DNA of 64,000 nucleotides from Bispira polyomma (taxonomy: Eukaryota), in the NCBI GenBank assembly GCA_965649765.1, contig OZ287750.1, positions 43,896,001 to 43,960,000 on the forward strand, given 5' to 3'. The position numbers and the translations under genes were made by a program. Each line of letters opens with the position of its first letter. Positions within the stretch are counted from its first letter, which is position 1. The notes below the pieces were generated by a model. That model made no database searches and was not told the origin of the DNA. It worked only from the letters and a program-made list of their open reading frames with translations. Below are positions 55,031-64,000 of this stretch, in pieces.

Positions 55031-56299
55031 ACTAATCACACATATTTTTACACAAAAATCCTGATTCCCTATTGGTTTGCTGGTTCCTCAAAACATGAAA
55101 TTTGCCTAACAAGGATACAGGGAAGATTGGGATATGAGAAAACTTAAGTAATTTTAGCATTACTCTCTACACCTTTTGTAGGTTATCTTAGAAAATACTT
55201 GTTTTTTGTAATAGTTTTATATTTTCTATTATTACAATTATTATATATGTAATAATTTCTTATGTAAATTGTTCTTTATTTATTCTTTTCAAAATATCTC
55301 ACACATATATAATAATAACAATAAATGTTTGTAACATGTGACACCTTCAATTAAGTAACACTTTTGAATGAATAAATGATCTATTATTGGGCCCCAAAGG
55401 CTGTAAACATATCACCTCTGCCTTTTAATACATTTATTTATTTTTGTACTTCTGAATATTGTTTAAAATACATAAAATTCAACAAACGTTAGAGTTGTTT
55501 TGTTGGTTATTGTAAACATAAAATTCACATGTAAGTTACAAATAAAGATATATGAAACAATTATTAGCTTGGCTTTATTAACCTTTGTTGTTAAAAGAAG
55601 TGGCCATTACACATAATACGTCCTATAGTAAATATGATGTCAAAATTTAATGATCTGGTTTGTTGTTCAGTCTGAATGCTACATGGTGTATATGTTTTTC
55701 CCTCCCTCCCCCCCCCCCCCCACGGCCATTGTTTTAGACTTTTAGTTTTTTAGTTCTGTGTTCCCTTCTTTTATTAAACTTTAACTCTACATTTCAACAT
55801 AATGGTAACTTATCAGTATAGAAGTAATTACTAGCTTTTTGGTTAACATATAACACCATAAGTTACGTAATTGTTTTATAATTATTAAGTCATACGTATG
55901 TAATTATAAGCTATGTTTACAATGATGTAATGTGCCATTGTAACTTTAACACTAACAGGATGCCATAGTTGTATTTATATGTAATTATATGTTTTGTAAA
56001 AAAATCTTCAAGGTTAAAAGTAGTGTAACAGTTAGATTAACATTGATGTTTAACAAAACAAAACTTTACAATTAACAAGTTAACAAACTGTCAATGTAAA
56101 GTTATTATAAAGGGTAACAAGTAATGTGTTTAATTAACCTATTGAAAACCAGATAAAGATTAAGAAGTTTATATATATTTCTCATATATTATATTTCATA
56201 AAAGTTTTTCAGTATTTAAACTAATCCATATGATATATTTTCATGAATATATAGATATTGAGAATATTCTTTAACACTTTCTATCCTGTTTGTTTAAAG

Positions 56300-59200
56300 T
56301 TATGGCTTTGGCTTCACATCAGTTATATTGGAGTGCAATAAATATATGCCTTGGTTAATGAAAAGGTAAGACATTCCATCAGATATCATTTTCTCTTTTC
56401 TCCAGTGTCCATATTCTCCAAACAAAACTACTAAAACTCAAATCAGATGAAAATTACATGTACATTTTAAATATTTTTCACTGGTGACCATTAATTTTAG
56501 AATAGCAATCAGGGCTGAAGTAAAAGAAATCCTGCAAGAATTCAGTAAACGCCGCCATAGCAAGATATGTGTAGACTTGATCTTAGCTTAGATCGAGAAT
56601 ATGTCACAATACATTTGCACATTATATTTTCTGTGTGTATTTTATGTAGAGATACAGATCTCTATTTTGAGCTTGTCATCGATAGAGGAAAGACTTTAAG
56701 TAACTTGTTACATTATAACAATGATAAATAGCATGGAAAATGTACAAAATGTACTGATTATAAAGTAAGATATAAACTATATATGTTTTGAACACACATG
56801 AACTCACATGATTTTAATAAATGACAATTTTGATGTTACATTAAGTTTTGTACAAAGAGGTGGCAGAATGGCAAAGAAAAAAAGTTCTTCATTAAGTGAG
56901 GTATGTTGACAATCAAACTCCAATGAGTTCTTCTAATTATGATACCTCAAATTCTGTGTTAATGTTAATTATAAATATAAATTGTATTCACTCTTACCAA
57001 TGGCATCAACCAATTTGTTCAATTAGAGTGGAATTTAGGCTTGTAAGCATTTAGGGTTCCAATAGTCTTTTTTCTGTTTAATGTAAAAATTTTGGGTCGT
57101 CTAAAATTTCTAAAAAAATGTTAGGCTGAAAAAGTTTGAAGAGTCTTTACAACTGGGGTGTTGTTTTCAGTTGTCTTCTGCGTATGGCATAGTTTTGAAC
57201 TATTCTGGGCTAGGAGCATGTGATCTTTAAGGATAGAAAGGTCAAAGCAACCAGAGGACATATGGTCTGTCTTCAAACACCTTAAATCAAACATGCTGTG
57301 TTTGACAAGGGCAATCCTGTAACTTATATTATTCCCAGGTAAGTAAGCACTATGGATAATTATTAAGTTTGCATTTAAACGATGTACATAGTTATATACA
57401 AATATTAAAAATTTGTTAAGAATTTGGTCTGGAAATCAGAAAATCCCTTGTTGGAGATTTGGTCCAGTGGTCATGCATCTACGGTTCTACTCCTGGTAAC
57501 ACCATAATGGTCATTGGTGGATAACTTGCTTGGGCAAGATGTGTATACACTATTGCCTGATGATGAAGACCAACTCTATTAGGATTATGATTCATGGTTT
57601 TTCGGTGCTGATGTTGCCCTTTAGAAGATTTCTGGCAATCAACAAGGCTCACAATACAATGCAGATGCCATACCCAAGATTTGGTGTAATGTTTCAGCAG
57701 TGACAATGTTCTGTTTGGCGGGACTTGTGAGCAGAGAAACTTTGACACAAAGATTAATCTTGAGATCAGAAAAAGAATTATGGCAGATTGTGAAAAGTTA
57801 ATATCTTCATTAAAAGTAAGCCAAAAAATTTAAACAGTATCTATGTCACTTTAATTTCTATGTTCCAACTTGAGACTCTTGTCCAATGTAATTGCCTTAC
57901 AGAAATATACGCAATCACCGAAAATTACATAAATTAGTTAGTGTTGAAGAAGTTATTGCATAACAAAAAAAATGTATGATGTGTGATGAGACCTAATATG
58001 TGAGCCAAATATGACATAACATTTACTACAAGAGCAATCATTTTACAAAGAAGAAACACAACTAAATCTTTGTGTCAATCAAGTTCCACATTCCATACCT
58101 TGACGAAGAAAGCATTGATGTTGGAAAAATGTCAGCTATATTACATGTTAGATGTGCGTCTTCACCTTCATTGTTGATTCATACACTATACATGTATTCC
58201 ATTTTTGTATATAATAGTATGCAAAGTTTGAGAGTGACCTAGTTGGATTGAGACCTCACAGATCTACCGTGAGACTGGAGAGAGAAGAGGTGTTAACAGA
58301 TGATAAGAAAAATATACAGGTATATGGGTGAATGACATAAATAATTGTTTCAGAACCACCGAGGATTCTAGGGTGTAGGTCAGAATAAACTGATGTTAGG
58401 GTGTGAATAATAAGCCCTAAATATTCAGTTCTATACGTAATTGTTGGATTATACATGAACACCCAAAGACAAGCTGTGGTTACGAAGTTTAATTAATACA
58501 TAATTTCCTCCTGTCCCAGCGTTCTACTTTAATTCAAGTCATGGCCTAATAAGAATTTAGACAAAATACTGTGAAACTGGTCTACCTAATGATTGACAGG
58601 AAAAACATTGTTTTAATGCAACCTGTATTTTTATAAGGCAGTATGACATCACATAATGTAGATGATTATAAATAAGTAGATATATATTACTTTATTTTGC
58701 TACACAAATAGGTGTGTTGAGATTAAATACATTTGAAATCCTAACCAATTTAGGGGTTTCACCGGTAAACACCAACTTGAATTTATCTTAACGGCTGCTA
58801 AGCATTTTTAAAACATTCAGATTAACAGGAAGCTTGTCAGGCAGTGCAAACTTAGTTTTAACAAACACCGATTTTGGAAAACTAGCATAATAGGTGCTAT
58901 CAAAGTCAACTTGACCATCAGGGAATTAATATTGTAACAACTTTTTTATTGATATTCTATACATAATTTTAATGAACCAGAGAAGTGACAGAATCTGTAT
59001 ATTTATGAGATATCTTCGTTGTGACAGCCATGTTTTGATTTTTTTCAAAAGAATATAATTAAGAGAAAGCTTTAAATAGAATAAAATTTGCAGTAATATA
59101 TATTCCTCATGATTCAGTAATTGTCACAGGGAAAATAAGTTAAATTATTTGTCTTACGAAATATTGTACAGACAATACTCATCCGTATTTTGTTTCATGC

Positions 59201-59461
59201 TTCAAAATTATTTTTTACTCACCTGGAAAATTTAATATCTATATAATATAACTGTCTTATGTGAAATGCATCAATATAACCAAAGTATTGCATGCAACAA
59301 ACTTTGAAGTATATTAAAGTGGTTACATAAATTATTTTTAGGTTGTCCATAATTTTGGCCATGGTAGGTCCGGGGTGGCTTTACACTGGGGATGTGCACT
59401 GAAGGCTATCAGTTCAGTACAGGAAGCAATAGACAGGATAAGGACCCAGTCTAAACTCTGA
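56300..59461 (+). pseudogene. Tandem partial duplicate of the oxidase gene (exons 4-9), disrupted
   Basis: Exons 56300-56365, 56846-56900, 57171-57338, 57698-57815, 58218-58319, 59342-59461. A 2-nt deletion gives TAA at 57228-57230; Trp->TAA at 57283-57285; GHGG->GHGR. Introns are homologous; no copies of exons 1-3 were found between 55030 and 56300. Confidence 0.9.
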
Positions 59462-59641
59462 CCAATCACAAGTATTGTTACATTAATCAAATGGAGAGTG
59501 CAAGTGTGGTTCTAACAGGTGAATTTATTTTATTATAAACTCTTAGCTGACCATGGAAGAAAATGATTGCACAGATGACAAGACACTGTACATGGGCAGT
59601 GGCATGTTATAATCATATCCAACATTATTTCATAGTCATAA

Positions 59642-59740
59642 TCAAAGTGGCAAAAGTGTCTTACTATTTAAAGTCAAAGTGGCAAAAGTGTCTTCCTATT
59701 TAACGTCAAAGTAGCAAAAGTGTCTTCCTGTTTAACGGCA
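59642..59740. repeat. 32-bp tandem repeat x3
   Basis: TCAAAGTRGCAAAAGTGTCTT starts at 59642, 59674 and 59706. Confidence 0.9.
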
Positions 59741-60019
59741 AATCTAAGTTGTTAAATCTAAATTTTTATGTAATCTCACTGCTTCTCCTTTCAGTCTTTT
59801 ATTTACACCACAATCTGTTACCTTTTTGTAGTTCAACTATTAGTCCTGCTGTAACTGTTAACACTCTTTTGTTCACAATATAATTTTATACTCTCACAAT
59901 GGATTTCTTAGTCCCCATTACAATTGACACAGATTTTTGTTGTTCTCTATTCTCAAAATTGCTATAAAAAGTTATAGGAGCGGTCCACAAATACTTGGAT
60001 AAATGTAATTATTTGAGTA

Positions 60020-60520
60020 ACGACATAAACCTTGTCTTGGATTGTGATAAAACTATAGCCCTCACCCTTCTAGATCTGTCTGCAGCTATTGATATCATTG
60101 ACCATGGTTTACTATTCGACACCCTAAAACAGTAATATGGACTAAATGGCTTGTTCTTGATTAGATTAGATGTTTTTGGCTCTCAGAACCAAAACAATCA
60201 AACTCGATGATCACTTCTCATTCTCATTCAACCTTCCTTTCTAAGGATTCCAGGGATCAGTTCTCTGGCTTCTAGTTTTAACCCCCTACATTCTCCCCCT
60301 CCCTTGGCACAGTCATGATTAATTTTTAGGTTAAACATCACATGCTTGTTTATGACACTCAAATCTTTCTTTCTCTCAAACGTAAAAATTCCCACAAAAA
60401 TCTTGGTCTACTTGCCGACAGCCTCTCCTCAGTCCTAGCCTGGATGAATTAATCTACATTAAAATTAAATCCTGACAAAACTGAATTTATTCCAATGGGC
60501 AGCAAGAAATGCCAAGTCCT
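60020..60520 (+). mobile_element. Degraded L2/CR1-group LINE reverse transcriptase fragment
   Basis: Translates to LTLLDLSAAIDIIDH, QGSVL, (Y)DTQIF and WM..LKLNPDKTEFI, with stops and frameshifts. Confidence 0.8.
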
Positions 60521-62384
60521 CTGCATTCCAAAGTAGTATGTTACCCACCGATATAAACATATTACTTTTGCGTAGTTCTTGCTTAGCCAGTCAAGCTTTG
60601 TAATTTTGTGATTTGAGATTTTATTGAAATCTTTATCTGTCCTCTCTTCACATGGGGAACTTCAGATTTACAGGCTAGTATATCTGTCAATATGAAGTTG
60701 ATATCAATGCAGCTGTTCCAAATCCTTATTTGTTCTTGTGACAGTTGTCATTTGTAAAGTTTAGTTGGATATTGACAAAAGCTAAATAAATACTTTATCA
60801 CCTGGGTATAATTTATGCAAGGTCCCCCAAGTCACCACAATTCTCAGCCGAAAGTCCTGCTAAAATAATTACTGGCATGTTTAGCTTTTGTCCATTTAGT
60901 GTTCATAAATAGGACTATGACATCAGCATTAAATGAGGGCATATTGTGGAGATGTAATACACATTTTTGATAATAAGTAATAATAATAATCATTTGATAT
61001 AGCACAGTTATGAACATCACTGTTGTCTAATGCATTTCGAAATTATTACCCTAATCAGAGTTCTTCCACTTGTCAACCAATTGTTAAGTCTCAGCTCCCT
61101 CAGGAAACAAACTAGCCATGCTACCACATTCGGTGTATGAAAGACTAACCTTTCAGATCCGACATTAGTGCATTGTGTTCAGTAATAAACAATTATGTGG
61201 AATATAAGTTTAAGTACATATATGAGTTTGAGACATTTTCATAAATACTACAGGAGTGTGTGGCAAAAGGCACAATATAAGAACAAGAGTTGTCTATTTA
61301 AAACACAGGCACAGAGTGTGATAAATATAGTCTAGAAACAATATCAGACTATGCCTGATAAAACAATATAACTTAATATATTTATTCTATCTTTCTGCAA
61401 GCTAATATTCTAAATATGATTGAATGATAATCATCATTGAATTATCTAATTACCAGCTAACCTAATTGAGTTTTATTTCAATGTCAAAATACAGAGCAAT
61501 TGTTTACTCGGCTATCTAAGCTTTGCAACATTGCAATAGCTCAAAAATCCTGATCTTAAGACATATTCCTATTTTCTTCTAGTTGGAAAATAAAATACCT
61601 TGGACATCTCAAAAACTAAGGATTTCCCTTTTGATAATACCTCAATATAATCTGGGATTATTTTCCAATGACTGAATATCATTGAATGGCTCTGGGATTG
61701 AACAGCAATTACAGAAGCATGAAGCATGTATTGTTTGGGGCAAACTACGAAGTCACAATAAATTTTACTTGCATAAACATTAAATAAGTATCAAAAAACT
61801 TTAGCAAAGTCATATGTATGTTATAGTAATGTTCATCTGATAAGCATGAACAAAAAGTGCATAGTAAATGTCTATACTTGGTATAATATAGGATATTTAT
61901 TATAATTGAATTAAACATTACATTTATTCTTTAATATAACTGACATTCTTTTCAACCAATTGGATTTCAAAATTTAAAGTTATCAACTCCAACCATTAAC
62001 AATGACTTGAAAATGTTATGAGAAATATCTTGTGATTGGTTAAGAGTTTCCTGTTTACTGCATCCTGTGTACTGTATCCTGTACTAGACTGGTATCCTTC
62101 TGTGCACATCCCCAGTATAAAGTCACTCCAGATCCATTGTGGCCATAATTATGGACAAGCCATGAAATAATGGTGCAAGAATCACTATTTTATTTCCAGG
62201 TAAATCAAATAATAATCTAAAATAATTTAAGATACAATCTGAAGTATTATTACAATAAGTTCTTTATATACAACTGTGAAACAATTAGAAGAATAAAGCT
62301 GATCAAAAATAATTAAAGTATTTATACCTCTCTGCCACTGTCAAAAAAAGCAGATATCATTTTAAATCTTTTGAGTTAGAAAAA

Positions 62385-62590
62385 TCATCTGTATGCTGGT
62401 TGATTTATAGTTGAGGTGCCTTTGTGGGCCATAAAGTCATTTAAGTGCTTTGCCATTGCTTTTTTGATGAGTTTGGAGATGTTGCTCAAGGTAGTTACAG
62501 GTCTACAATTCTCAAGAATATTTCTGTCAAGGCTGGATTTTTTGAGAAGTGGGAAAACATACACAGTTTTGAAACAAGATGGAAAAATGT
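62385..62590 (-). mobile_element. L2-type LINE ORF2 fragment (RT N-terminal region)
   Basis: Minus strand reads FPSCFKTVYVFPLLKKSSLDRNILENCRPVTTLSNISKLIKK..QPAYR, matching the PLLKK..NYRP..SK..QSAYR pattern. Confidence 0.8.
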
Positions 62591-62948
62591 TTTGACAATG
62601 ATCAAAAGTTACTTAAATAATGTACCACTTGAAAATCACAACATAAAATCAATTAAACCTGTTCCCCAGTCTTTTCAGAATCATGCGAGGGCTACAAAAT
62701 CATAGTATATCTTTAGATCTACTTGGATTTCAGATAGCCATAGTCTTGTACTTATAATAAATGTTCTTGACCAATAATAAAGTTTCTCATTTCTGACTTT
62801 GGTCTCTTTGGCAAGTAGTTAATCTCATCTTGTACTGCCATTACCATGTACATCCTTGCATTATGTAATCACACAGCACATACCTGTAACCAGATAGCCC
62901 AAATCTTACATCACCTCATACGACTGAATGACGAGATCCACGAAGTGA

Positions 62949-63480
62949 ATGAGGATAGGCGTGCTAAGAAACTTTAAGCAGCTAAGTCAGGAGCTACCAC
63001 CTGTCTTCCACCCGTGTCTACTGGCAAGTATATATGCCTCTCTTTTCACTTCAGCCAAAAGCACAACCTCTGATACGATTGGAACATTTAAGGCCACTCC
63101 AGTCCGGCAGTCGGCCACTGAAGCATTCGATCAAACAATTTTACCCTCACGGCTTGACAACGCCCACCTACAAGGTCGGGTCGAGCAACAGTTACGTGTG
63201 ATGGAGGACTGTGACGAACTAGACTTGCTGCAAGGTAAAAAAAATAAAATCTGGCCTACTTAGATCAGGAGAGTTGCAAGCTAGACTAGAATTAAATTGG
63301 TCACATGAATTTGTAATAAGTAACGATAGACAGGGTATCCACTGTAATAATTTAAATCCCATTCAGTTTTGTCAAGGGTACATGCAATGTGTGCTGGAGA
63401 ATTCAATGAATCTATTGGAGAAAACATGCTCCAGCATGAAGTACAGTTACTACACGATGCCCAAGAAAAATTACAATTTA
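62949..63480 (+). mobile_element. Degraded gag-like fragment of a DIRS/Ngaro-type element
   Basis: Removing one A from the run at 63237-63244 gives QGKKIKSGLLRSGELQARLELNWSHEFV...LNPIQFCQGYMQCVLE, resembling the KSG..WPHE..QFVQG pattern I recall from DIRS ORF1. May extend to the window end. Confidence 0.5.
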
Positions 63481-64000
63481 CCAATGTTTTGTTACCTAAT
63501 GTGTTTCAGGATAGTTTTAATGTTGATTGTATTGATTGCGTGTATCAAAATGACATGCTATCTGCTGGTTAGGAAATTACTGTGACTAATCTCACCCCTG
63601 GCCAGTATAATGTCACCTCTAATGTGATAGCTGATGCAGTGCATGAGCACATTGTGAATGACCTCTCACGTTGTCATAATGTAGGGCATGAGAGCATTAT
63701 GAATACACTTCTCAGTGATAATGAGTCAGATGTTGCTGATTATGATAGTATTGAAACCATGCAAGTTGATATGAATAGACTACCTCTGGGCTATACTGAC
63801 ATAGACACTCATGCACAAATAAATGACCTTAAGGGACACACAGACAGTGACGACACACATGCTACTGGGTCTGCTCTAGCACAACACATTATACATACAC
63901 ACAGTGGTCAACTTGGTGAGTATACTGTCGACAGAGGTCATTAAGGTACTTACTCAAAAATACGACAATACTGATTTTAGACAGGCGTTATCAGCTCAAC

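Noticed and set aside
63582-63944. Independent 120-aa acidic protein gene
   Set aside because: Non-ATG start and no motif; probably part of the adjacent degraded retroelement.

Overview
AT-rich, intron-containing animal genomic DNA, not prokaryotic; the gene and repeat families suggest a marine lophotrochozoan such as an annelid (inference). Contents: (1) 1-4025, the 3' part of a decayed tyrosine-recombinase (DIRS/Ngaro-type) retrotransposon with RT, RNase H and YR. (2) A 7-exon minus-strand gene (36947->12515, 602 aa as reconstructed) for a type I membrane protein: signal peptide, SUEL lectin domain, CUB-like domain, sushi-like domain, TM, Pro/Tyr-containing tail. Its 18.7-kb first intron is TE-rich. 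(3) A 9-exon plus-strand peroxisomal D-amino-acid/D-aspartate oxidase gene (49313-55030, 334 aa, ends SKL), followed by a disrupted tandem copy of exons 4-9 only. (4) Many tRNA-derived SINEs (one young family with TSDs), HINE-like and MITE-like elements, two L2-type LINE RT fragments, minisatellites and a DIRS gag-like fragment at the right end. Most notable: a 52-bp minisatellite built from the receptor's exon-4/intron-4 junction, in which each unit reads as a 39-nt phase-preserving cassette plus a 13-nt GT..AG spacer. Also notable: the headless but splice-intact, formerly constrained oxidase exon block. All coordinates were read by eye and no database searches were run.
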